Assembly: GCA_039630055.1 (NCBI GenBank)
Contig: JBCNVN010000017.1
Location: forward strand, 1-30,027
Length of the DNA stretch: 30,027 nucleotides
Source of the DNA: Candidatus Caldarchaeales archaeon
GTDB lineage: Archaea > Thermoproteota > Nitrososphaeria_A > Caldarchaeales > Wolframiiraptoraceae
Direction of reading: 5' to 3'
In this document: positions 1-9,175 of the stretch, piece after piece
Position numbering within the stretch: the first letter of the stretch is position 1
Layout: the number at the start of each line of letters is the position of its first letter
Notes under the pieces: generated by a model
What the model saw: only the letters and a program-made list of their open reading frames with translations
Database searches by the model: none
Told to the model about the DNA's origin: nothing
Program-made: the position numbers and the translations under genes

Positions 1-1
1 T

Positions 2-442
2 AGAAAGTTTGGAAAATCTGATGTAAACATAGTTGAGAGGCTTGCAAACATGTTTATGAAGCCTGGGAGGAACGGCGGTAAGAAGACTAAAGGATTGAAG
101 ATCGTTAAGAATGCATTCGAGATAATCCATCTAAAGACAGGTAAAAATCCGTTAGAGGTCTTAGTGAGAGCTCTCGAGAATTCTGCTCCGAGAGAAGATA
201 CAACAAAACTTGTCTATGGAGGTATACTCTATCTTAAAGCAGTCGATATATCTCCTCAGAGAAGATTAGACCTAGCTTTAAGATATATCTCTCAAGCGAG
301 TAGAGAGGCTTCTTTCAGAAGTAGGAAGAAGGTTGAAGAAGCATTAGCTGAAGAGATAATACTAGCCGCAGAGAATGATAGTAAGAGCTATTCTATAAGA
401 AAGAAGGTCGAGCTTGAAAGAATGGCATATGCATCTCGCTAA
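2..442 (+). CDS. rps7: 30S ribosomal protein S7 (uS7), 5'-truncated by the window edge
   Basis: Frame is open from nt 2 (RKFGKSDVNIVERLAN...). Archaeal S7 motifs GKK..., NPLEVLVRALENSAPRED, AVDISPQRRLDLALR, KKVELERMAYASR. Confidence 0.97.
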   Translation, partial: RKFGKSDVNIVERLANMFMKPGRNGGKKTKGLKIVKNAFEIIHLKTGKNPLEVLVRALENSAPREDTTKLVYGGILYLKAVDISPQRRLDLALRYISQASREASFRSRKKVEEALAEEIILAAENDSKSYSIRKKVELERMAYASR

Positions 443-569
443 ATCTCATCAACCATATCCAGCTATCTAACCTATAGACGAGAAGGATCATGATGAAACT
501 TGAGAGATAGAAGAAAATAGAAAAATATATCTTGAGAATCCTCGTTTATAGAATGTCTAAGGATAGCTA

Positions 570-1094
570 CTAGATAGAGTGTATCAGTAGTATGACCACT
601 ATTAATGGCTTGCTGAGTATCTCTACTATAGGATTGTCAAGCCTTTTAGAGATCTCTCCACGTCTAACAGACTCTAGGATGCTCTCGTATACTCTATCTA
701 AAACTTCTTTTGGAACTATCCCCAATGATCTAACAAAGATAAAGACTTTACTTGATGGCTTCATAAGGAAGTAGGGCTGCTTGGGAGAATCCTTCCATTA
801 GATTCAGAATCGATACTATTTACATCAGTCCTAATCTTAGTTGGCATGAATGGATGGCCTCTAATCATAATATCATTCTTTAACTCAATCTTAAAAACAG
901 AATACGTTGGGTTAGCACAGACCATTACAGGTATGAGCAGGATGATAATTGGGGTTCCACTGGTCTATCTAGGCTTAGACTTTTATGGTGTAATGGTTGG
1001 ATACGTCACAGCCGCTTTAATATCTGACATCATATACATTCTATGGTCTAGCCCGAGAAAAAGTAGAGCTATTGCTATGTCTATTATTGAATAG
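570..1094 (+). pseudogene. Probable decayed Wzx/MATE-like oligosaccharide flippase fragments
   Basis: Two hydrophobic fragments in different frames (592-774 and ~756-1094, e.g. SRMIIGVPLVYLGLDFYGVMVGYVTAALISDII) resemble flippase TM helices. No intact long ORF. Confidence 0.4.
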
Positions 1095-1378
1095 GAAGAT
1101 TAAGGAAGATTAAGGATGAGTAGAAGTATCTGCCTAATGCTGATTTATCTCTACGCGCATATTCTTTTCCTAGAGATCGCATGATGCCCTCATCTCTTTT
1201 CAAAGACTCCAACATCAGAACCAGACCTATAAGCCTTCAAAATTTTAAGCGAGATCATAAAATGAATCTTACAATATTAAGATTGTAGAGTAGCATAGAT
1301 ATTGGATCATCTGACAAGGATATTTGATTTCTTGAAATATATTTTAGATTATGTATTGTGATATAGTCTAAGGATGTT

Positions 1379-1708
1379 TTAGGCGGCTCCAAGTATGAAG
1401 AATGATATAACGATTCCATAGATCGCTAAAGCCTCTGCGAAAGCAGAGATGATTATCGCAACAGTCCTTATCTCTGGCCTTTCAGCAGATGCAGCGAGAC
1501 CTGCTGAACCTGCACGTGAGATAGCCCATCCAGCGGATATTACGGCTGAAGTGAATGCCGCTGCAGCGGCCAAGACTTTTGCAGCAAAATCAGATACTGG
1601 AGCTTCTTGTGATAATCTGAAGGACTCTGCATAGGCTGGTGAGGTTGAAAGAGAGATTAGGAGCAGGATAGTTAATGATAATAGTATACTTCTCTCCATA
1701 ACCATCAA
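1379..1708 (-). CDS. atpK: A/V-type ATP synthase proteolipid subunit K (c), with N-terminal signal-like extension
   Basis: Ala/Gly-rich helix (SAGWAISRAGSAG), loop AERPE, second helix AFAEALAIYGIVISFFIL with the ion-binding Glu. Confidence 0.93.
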   Translation of the reverse strand: MMVMERSILLSLTILLLISLSTSPAYAESFRLSQEAPVSDFAAKVLAAAAAFTSAVISAGWAISRAGSAGLAASAERPEIRTVAIIISAFAEALAIYGIVISFFILGAA

Positions 1709-2035
1709 CCTGACTGGATTCTTATAGTTGTCTCCAATATTTATCTATTCTTACTGTATATTTGGAGTCCATCCAATATTAGTATACTTTGAAAAGTATT
1801 TGGATAAGGATCTTCTCTAATCTGTCCAGATGATCAATCATCTAAAGATTATTCAAAGATGTCTTCTCTATATCGGAGAATAAGAATCAATTTAAGGTCT
1901 TCCAAATAGATGAAACCTCGACTCTTGAAATCCTCTACATTAACTCTACTCTCCTAAAATACATTTTATGTTTTAACGTTAAAACCTGTTTTACAGATAA
2001 TGTTAAAGGATTTTTAATGGTTGGAGAAGATGAGT

Positions 2036-2120
2036 CGCGGCGGGCGGGATTTGAACCCGCGCGGCCACATAGGCCAGTGGCTTAGCAGGCCACCCCCCTA
2101 CCGGGCTAGGGAACCGCCGC
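2036..2120 (-). tRNA. tRNA-Ser(GCT), intronless, CCA not encoded
   Basis: Acceptor GCGGCGG/CCGCCGC, anticodon arm GTGGC-CTGCTAA-GCCAC, long variable arm, T-arm GCGGG-TTCAAAT-CCCGC, G discriminator. Confidence 0.97.
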
Positions 2121-2681
2121 ATCAACCCTCCAACACAATTCTTTCTCCCTACATATATTATTATCTCTATACTATTTATTAGGTTATGCTATATTATTCC
2201 ATAAATCTTCTCTTAGTATATGTTTTCTTATAGATGATCGTTAGGTTCTGGTTGCCGATGGCTATACTATTTTATATTTTGATGAAATTAGAAGAATATT
2301 TGACATGCTATATCATGTATTGGCTCAGAATGTGTTGGTGAATCGGATGAAATAGAGAAGTACAGGAGAGATAATAGAAATGTTGATGATATTCAAGTTG
2401 CTTAAGTCTATGGAGCCTATGTAAGTGTAGAGATAACGTCAGTCCAAGCAGATTCAACCTTATCCAATAATGTGGACGTATCAGTCTCTTCACCATATGC
2501 TTATAGATCGATTATTTGAACTACTAGAGAAGATACAGCCCTCATATACTCAAAGATAATAGTCTTTACATAGTTCTTTATTCATGGCCCATCTCTTAGA
2601 AAAATCTCTGATTCTAGGTCAATATTATCAGAATATAATCTATAGATATCAAGTGGTATTCACAGACTTGCATCTTCTCAA

Positions 2682-3716
2682 CTAGTCAGCCAATCTTCTT
2701 AATTCTTCAGGTCTGAATACTCCTTTCTCCGTAACTATGTAAGATATTAATTCTGGTGGGGTAATATCGAATGCAGGATTAACTATATGCACGTCTCTAG
2801 GAGCTATTCTAATACCATCTATGTAGAGGACTTCACTAGCGTCTCTCTCTTCTATTACTATCTCATCTACATTATGTTTGAAATCTATGCTTGAAGATGG
2901 TGCAGCTACTATAAAAGGCACCCCATAGTATCCTGCAGATATAGCATGAGTTAGGGTGCCTATCTTATTTATTACGTGGCCCGTTTTAGCGATTACTCTA
3001 TCAGCTCCAACTACGACCTTACTGATCTCTTTCCTCTGCATAAGGAAGGCGGCCATATTATCTGTAATCAATTTGAAAGGTATCTTTTCTCTAATAAGCT
3101 CCCAAGTAGTCAGCTTGGCTCCCTGAAGCCTCGGCCTAGTCTCCGAGACATATACCATTATCTTCTTACCTTGAGCATATGCCGTTCTAACTACTCCTAG
3201 AGCGGTACCATAACCAGCTGTTGCGAGGGCGCCTGCATTACAGTGGGTCAGTATCCTATCTCCATCCTCTATCAGTCTCGAACCATTCTCTCCAATCTTC
3301 TTATTCATCTCAATATCTTCTTCAGCTATTTTTAATGCTTCACTTAGAACATCTTTCTTTAATCTCTCTCCAGATGGAGATGCTCTAGCAACCTCAATTA
3401 TCCTATCTACTGCCCAGAAAAGGTTTACCGCTGTGGGTCTTGTAGATCTAATTACTTCTCCAGCCTTCTCTAATCTACGTAACAAGGCTTCTTTATTGTT
3501 AGTCTTAGTGTTTACCACCGATAATGCTAGCCCCATCGCTGCTGCAACGCCTATAGCTGGCGCACCTCTAATAGCCATACTCTTAATCGCTTTAGCCACC
3601 TCTCTGTAATCTCTTATCTTAAGATACTTGACTTTATTGGGTAGAAGCCGTTGATCGATGATTGTGACTGTGCCCTTATCCCACCAGATCGTTCTAAACT
3701 CTCTCTCCATATACAC
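2682..3716 (-). CDS. mtnA: S-methyl-5-thioribose-1-phosphate isomerase (eIF2B-alpha-like)
   Basis: IDQRLLP, IRGAPAIG, TRPTAVNL, LTHCNAGALATAGYGTALG, ETRPRLQGAKLT, NKIGT, NPAFDITP motifs. Start may be the ATG at 3710. Confidence 0.93.
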   Translation of the reverse strand: MYMEREFRTIWWDKGTVTIIDQRLLPNKVKYLKIRDYREVAKAIKSMAIRGAPAIGVAAAMGLALSVVNTKTNNKEALLRRLEKAGEVIRSTRPTAVNLFWAVDRIIEVARASPSGERLKKDVLSEALKIAEEDIEMNKKIGENGSRLIEDGDRILTHCNAGALATAGYGTALGVVRTAYAQGKKIMVYVSETRPRLQGAKLTTWELIREKIPFKLITDNMAAFLMQRKEISKVVVGADRVIAKTGHVINKIGTLTHAISAGYYGVPFIVAAPSSSIDFKHNVDEIVIEERDASEVLYIDGIRIAPRDVHIVNPAFDITPPELISYIVTEKGVFRPEELRRLAD

Positions 3717-3816
3717 TCACTCTAACATTGAGTTACCATCTAGGAAATAACTTTTTACATATTACAATTTTTAAACATTTCAGTAGTAGACTCTCTAAAA
3801 TCTTATCCTAACTAGA

Positions 3817-4782
3817 CTATATATCTTTGAGATCTATGTGGACTACTCTATTCTTTTGGATCGACTCTAAAATAGATTCAGCTATTGCAACAGCTTTCAT
3901 ACCATCGATCTCATCCGGTGAAGGTTTAACATTATTTCTCAAACACTCAACGAAACTTGTCAACTCTATTTTTAATGGTTCTTCATACTTCATTATAGGC
4001 TCAGTAACCATCTCTGCCTTCTCAATTACTATCTGCTGAGTTAGGAACTGTATAGTGATTACTCCACTAGACCCTGTGATAAACATCTCTCTCTTCTTTC
4101 TCGGCGTCAGCCAGTTAGCCTCGATGAAAGCCATCTCCTCTTCTTCTCCAAACGATATTATCGCTTGTACATGGTCTTCTAATCTACTATGTTTTTGCCT
4201 TCCCCCTCTAGCATAAACAGATGTAGGCTCGTGGCAGAAGATATATCTCGCCAAGTCTATATCATGTATCGCAGTATCTTTAACCACGCCTACATCTCCG
4301 ATCCTTTCAGGCCACCATCCAATCCTCCTACTATGCGTAACGATTACATCTCCAATCTCTCCACCATTGAGTAATTCTTTCGCTTTCCTAACAGCTGGAT
4401 TAAACCTCTCTATAAAGCCTACCATAACTTTTTTACCACTAGACTTTACAGCATCGACAATCTTAAAACACTCTTCTATAGTTGATGCTAGAGGCTTCTC
4501 AACCAAAACATTTACACCTGCTTCAAGAGATTTTATGGTCAGCTCTGAATGGGTTACTGATGGGGTGCATATCGAGACAGCGTCCAGCTCATGTCTTCTT
4601 AGGACATCATCCAGGCTAGAATAAAAATTTTTAATATTGTATTTAGATGCTACCTGTTTCGCCCGCTCATAATCTATATCGCAGACGGCCTCTATCTGTA
4701 CATCGGAGATTTCAGAGAATACTCTTACATGATTTCTACCCCAGAAGCCTACACCGATAACCCCGATCTTTAATGGATACAA
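3817..4782 (-). CDS. Gfo/Idh/MocA oxidoreductase, likely UDP-GlcNAc(A) 3-dehydrogenase-like
   Basis: Rossmann GVGFWG, VLVEKP, VGFIERFNPAV, DVGVVKDTAIHDID, ANWLTP. GGAGGA SD before the TTG start. Confidence 0.88.
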   Translation of the reverse strand: MYPLKIGVIGVGFWGRNHVRVFSEISDVQIEAVCDIDYERAKQVASKYNIKNFYSSLDDVLRRHELDAVSICTPSVTHSELTIKSLEAGVNVLVEKPLASTIEECFKIVDAVKSSGKKVMVGFIERFNPAVRKAKELLNGGEIGDVIVTHSRRIGWWPERIGDVGVVKDTAIHDIDLARYIFCHEPTSVYARGGRQKHSRLEDHVQAIISFGEEEEMAFIEANWLTPRKKREMFITGSSGVITIQFLTQQIVIEKAEMVTEPIMKYEEPLKIELTSFVECLRNNVKPSPDEIDGMKAVAIAESILESIQKNRVVHIDLKDI

Positions 4783-4833
4783 GATCCTCCGACCCCAAAA
4801 TCCTAGAACGCTACGTAAATTTTAGTTTAGAAA

Positions 4834-5073
4834 TTATTCTTTAAGCATTAATCTGTAGAACCATCTCTTTGTTAATTCATACCATCCATAGACCCATAAA
4901 GCTATTACCGTGACTCCAAGAGTGACTCTAATCAATCCTAGAATAGGTTCTCCATCTGCATACTCTATCACGGGAAATAATGTATATGCGAGTATGAATG
5001 TTACCGTTAAGAATCCTGCCCATACAATCGTTAAAAGGATGGCGGTCATCAAAGTATTTTTTAGCAGAGACAT
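4834..5073 (-). CDS. Small two-TM membrane protein (79 aa), likely co-transcribed with aglH
   Basis: Two hydrophobic stretches and a basic C-terminus. Starts 7 nt after the aglH stop, with GAGGTGA SD. Confidence 0.8.
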   Translation of the reverse strand: MSLLKNTLMTAILLTIVWAGFLTVTFILAYTLFPVIEYADGEPILGLIRVTLGVTVIALWVYGWYELTKRWFYRLMLKE

Positions 5074-5080
5074 GAATTTC

Positions 5081-6058
5081 TCACCTCATGAAGGCCAAAT
5101 CCGTCAAGACTGCGAGGAATGCAGAGTAAAATGACAAGATGCTTATCGATTTTACCAAGTTATCTTCTCTAGCCTTGATATTTGCTGATAGAATCCTAAC
5201 CAGTGTTAGGGGTGCTTTATGGTCTGAGTTAGCAGAGATCATCCCATCTTGAATAATAATAGGTCTCGAGTCGTAATTTTTCGCCGACTTCAATCCACGC
5301 ATAGAAAATATAACATGCATCTCGTTCATAATGTGTGGGAGAAGAGCAATTATAGCGGCCACCTCTACTCTACCGATTATGGCCGTTGAGGCCATGACCG
5401 CTCCGATGAGGAGGCTTCCAGAATTGCCGGCAAATATTCTTGCTGGATACCTATTATAGATCGTAAAGGCTGTTAGAGAAGCCAACATGATTACAGATAC
5501 CAGTAGAGGAAACTCTGATTGATGGAGAAGAGATATAATAAATATGGCTGTGAAGAATGCTATCGATGTAAAGGATATCGACCCATTCAATACATCAATA
5601 CTATTAACTGCGTTACATACAATTGGAAAACTTGCTATAGCCAATACTGGATAGATCTTCGTCAATCTTGTAGCACCGATGAATGGTAGCTCGGGTCGAG
5701 GAGAATAGGTAGAGAATAAGAGGATGGGGATACCTGCGGATAAAAGAAAGATGGGTTTAGCCTTAGGATTGATCTCTACTTTAAGGTCTTCTATCAAACC
5801 TATAATCCACGCTATAGCTGAAGAACAAGTCAGTGCTAGAACATCTAGAGAGAGGCCTTCTAGAAAGATATAGATTGCAAGACTAGAGAATATTCCGATT
5901 ATTAAAACTATGCCCCCGGTCTTAGGTATTATCGGCCTATGAGGTTTATGGATATCCACGCCAACTAGATTTATCTTTCTCCCAATCTTGATGAAGAATG
6001 GAGTAAAAAGCATCACAGAGATGAAGGAAGCCATAAAGACTATTAAATAGATAAACAT
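5081..6058 (-). CDS. aglH: UDP-GlcNAc:dolichyl-phosphate GlcNAc-1-phosphate transferase (AglH/Alg7/MraY family)
   Basis: GVDIHKP, PKTGG, GLIED, NAVNSIDVLNG, YNRYPARIFAGNSGS motifs; polytopic. Confidence 0.88.
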   Translation of the reverse strand: MFIYLIVFMASFISVMLFTPFFIKIGRKINLVGVDIHKPHRPIIPKTGGIVLIIGIFSSLAIYIFLEGLSLDVLALTCSSAIAWIIGLIEDLKVEINPKAKPIFLLSAGIPILLFSTYSPRPELPFIGATRLTKIYPVLAIASFPIVCNAVNSIDVLNGSISFTSIAFFTAIFIISLLHQSEFPLLVSVIMLASLTAFTIYNRYPARIFAGNSGSLLIGAVMASTAIIGRVEVAAIIALLPHIMNEMHVIFSMRGLKSAKNYDSRPIIIQDGMISANSDHKAPLTLVRILSANIKAREDNLVKSISILSFYSAFLAVLTDLAFMR

Positions 6059-6208
6059 ATCCGCTCTCCCAAACCTCCATCAATCCTACTTTAAAGTATT
6101 ATTATTCTAGTATCTTAGAGGATCGATTCTAAAAATTCTAAATCTGTGAGGTGGATCAATGATAGATAAAGAAGACGAAAAACATTATAATAGAATCTAT
6201 TTAGAGTT

Positions 6209-7285
6209 ATGAAGATGAAGGTCTGGCTCGATATACTGACTCCGAAGCAGCTCTTCTTCTTCACATCCATTGCAAAGATATTGAGGAAGGAGGGTTTTGA
6301 ATTATTTCTATCAGCTCGAAGATATGAACAGCTGGATGGACTTATCAAAGAGTTCTTCTCAGATTGGAAGATAGAGATCTTTGGTAGATTCGGTGGCTAC
6401 AGTTTATATGAGAAGCTGAGAGCAAGCAGTGAGAGGCTCAACCTCTTGATAGATAATGCTCCTCTTAAAGAAGTAGATTTGGTAGCTTCAAGTGGGTCTG
6501 TAGAAGCATCTAGAATAGCTTATGGTCTCCAGATACCCCATATACTGGTCTCAGATTCTCCTCATTCTCCAGTAAATCTTCTCACCGCCCCGGTCTCAAA
6601 ACTTGTTCTAACACCTTGGGTCATAGATAAAAAAGAGTGGATAAAGTATGGTGTAAAATCTTCTATGGTCAAGAGGTATCGAGCACTCGATCCATACTTC
6701 TGGCTTAGAGACTTTAAGCCTGATAAGACTATCCTAGAAAGATTAGGAGTAGATAGTGGATATGTCTTGATTAGACTTCCAGAGTCTGCTGCTTCTTATC
6801 TTAGAATAGATGATAGAGAATATGTTAAGATCTTAACCAAGTTTCTAGATATTGTCAAGGTTTACGGGTTCAGAACTTTGGTTATGGCAAGATATAGAGA
6901 GCAGATAGAACTTGTAGAGAAGGTCATTAAAAATTATGATGTGATCTTGGTTGATAAGCCTGTAATCGGGAGTAACCTGATTTACTATTCTAGGATATTT
7001 ATCGGTGGTGGAGGAACCATGAGTCAGGAGGCCGCACTCCTAGGCAAACCCTGTGTATCGATCTATCCTGGAAAGCAGCCGACCATACTCAAATTCCTAT
7101 CTAGAATAGGGTTGATCAGACACTGTAGTGAGATCGACTACTCTCTCAAAGTCATAGATAATATCCTGAAAGATATTGATAGATTTCATCAAGAAGTTTA
7201 TGATAAGTCTAGAAGACTCTGGAAGCTTATGAAAGACCCTGAAGACCAGATATCTAGATGGTTTAAAGAGGCTAAGACTAAGTAA
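6209..7285 (+). CDS. DUF354 family GT-B-fold protein
   Basis: KVWLDILTPKQ..FF N-terminus, GGYSLYEKL, GGGGTMSQEAALLGKP. Confidence 0.87.
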   Translation: MKMKVWLDILTPKQLFFFTSIAKILRKEGFELFLSARRYEQLDGLIKEFFSDWKIEIFGRFGGYSLYEKLRASSERLNLLIDNAPLKEVDLVASSGSVEASRIAYGLQIPHILVSDSPHSPVNLLTAPVSKLVLTPWVIDKKEWIKYGVKSSMVKRYRALDPYFWLRDFKPDKTILERLGVDSGYVLIRLPESAASYLRIDDREYVKILTKFLDIVKVYGFRTLVMARYREQIELVEKVIKNYDVILVDKPVIGSNLIYYSRIFIGGGGTMSQEAALLGKPCVSIYPGKQPTILKFLSRIGLIRHCSEIDYSLKVIDNILKDIDRFHQEVYDKSRRLWKLMKDPEDQISRWFKEAKTK

Positions 7286-8885
7286 GACTTCTCCTCAAAG
7301 CCTCTAATTCTCTAACCATCTTCTCAGAATTTTTAAGAATGTTCTTATAAACATCTTCTACCTGTTTATCGAATACTTTTCTACCCATGCTTCCCGATAG
7401 ATACTTGTGCACCATCATCCATAGCTGCTCGATAGACTGCTCTATCATCTTAGAAGTATTGGTCAATATGTCTATCTTATCTGAAGCCTCTGGAACGGTC
7501 TTCTTCAGATCTATAGAGATGCTGGAGATCCTACTAATGTATTTAGAGACATCATTTCTTATCTCAAGTATTCTCGGTCTAACATATCCTTTATCAAGTA
7601 TCTTCCTACTGGTAATCAAGTCTCCTACTAGATTACATGATCTTATCAATCCCTCTACATCCTCGATCAGCTTCCTAGCCTTCTCCTCATATTCTCTTAG
7701 TGGAGGCTTAAAAACCGGTCTCAATGAATATACCAAGATTCCTACAATGAAGATTGTTAAAGATGCTCCAAGGACGTATGGGATGAATGATGATAGGCTG
7801 AGAGTACGTTTAACCTCTATCTTAAAACTCTTCGTATCCTCGGTTAGAGGTGAGAGCATACCTAATGTAAAGGTTATAGAAGTCTTCTCAGGATATATTC
7901 TTTTAACCTCTATAGGTTCGATATTTGATGAGATATACTCCATTGAGGGTAGAATCACGTTTACCCTATAATCTGGAGTACTTATGTTGAAAGGTAGATG
8001 GGGGTAGACTATTATAGAATCTTCACCTAGACTGTAAAATGTGTTCTCAGGAGGATTGAACCTGATTATTACCGTCTGGCTCTCACCTACATTTAGAACC
8101 CTTCCAAAATATACACGTAATCTTCCACTATTTTCATCATAACTGTTTGAGAGTTTTCTTAACAGGTCTTCAGTCTCGATAAGTCTTGAACCATTTGGTA
8201 GAGTAAAATCGAAACCATCGACTGTTCTTCCATCTCTTAGATTAAGCTTAACCATATATTCAGCTTGATTTGATGATAAATCTAGTCTAAGATGAATGTT
8301 GACCGGTCTAATCGAACTGATCTCTCCAATATTGAACTCCATCCGTAGATTGTTTACCTTGGTAGTATCTAGAGAAAGCTCTCCGACTGCTGTTACACCA
8401 TCTCCTCCAATCTTTATAGCCTCTGGATAGACCTCACTTATATTTGACCAATCAGGTAGAAACATTCTTAGCTTGATCTGCTTTAAATCTTCTCTTGTTA
8501 ACGGGTTCAAGGGAAACTCTAAACTAAAGCTATCAGCTCCACTCTTCCCCAATAGGTCTCCAAAGATCGTTATTAGCTTCATACTATATGATGATTGATT
8601 TGAATATACTCTGAACCAGAATGCCTCATCTTCTATATTCATCTCTACTCTGCCATCAGGCGAATAATAATCTACCAGATTTCGTAGGAGTTCTCTCGGA
8701 AATCCTATCTCTATACTTCCTCCAAGTGCTGGAAGAGTATCAATCACATAGATAAACCCATACCTATCGATCTCTATGATTCTCTCAGCTTCCTTTTCCC
8801 CTAATACTATGTTTGGATGAGACGTATACATGAAGAGAATCATTATGAAGATTATTGTAACAAGTATCTTCTTCAAATCTCTCAC
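7278..8885 (-). CDS. Type I membrane protein, ribophorin I (RPN1/OST1)-like
   Basis: Signal peptide, two beta-rich extracellular domains, one TM (~aa 365-388), ~145-aa helical cytoplasmic tail. By-eye matches to RPN1 blocks are listed in findings. Confidence 0.7.
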   Translation of the reverse strand: [535 protein letters not shown]

Positions 8886-9175
8886 CTGCTATCAAACACT
8901 AATCATTATTTAAAGCCTTCACAAGAGAGGAGAATATATGGATATCCTTCATAATCCTAGTGAGATAATGAGATGTCTCGAAGATTTAAACCTAGAATTC
9001 AGCATATACAATTAAAAATCATATTAATGTGCAACCTCTCCACATCTTCTTATTCATATCCATACTATTAATAATCATGTAGAAATCTTATCTTCAAGGA
9101 AGTTGAAGATTAAGTTAGAAGAGATAGGTACATTGTAAAATAATAAAAAGAATATAGAGACATTGATTAGATATA

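Noticed and set aside
2200-2680. ORF 2308-2496 and possible gene remnant between tRNA-Ser and mtnA
   Set aside because: No recognisable family in any frame; frequent stops.
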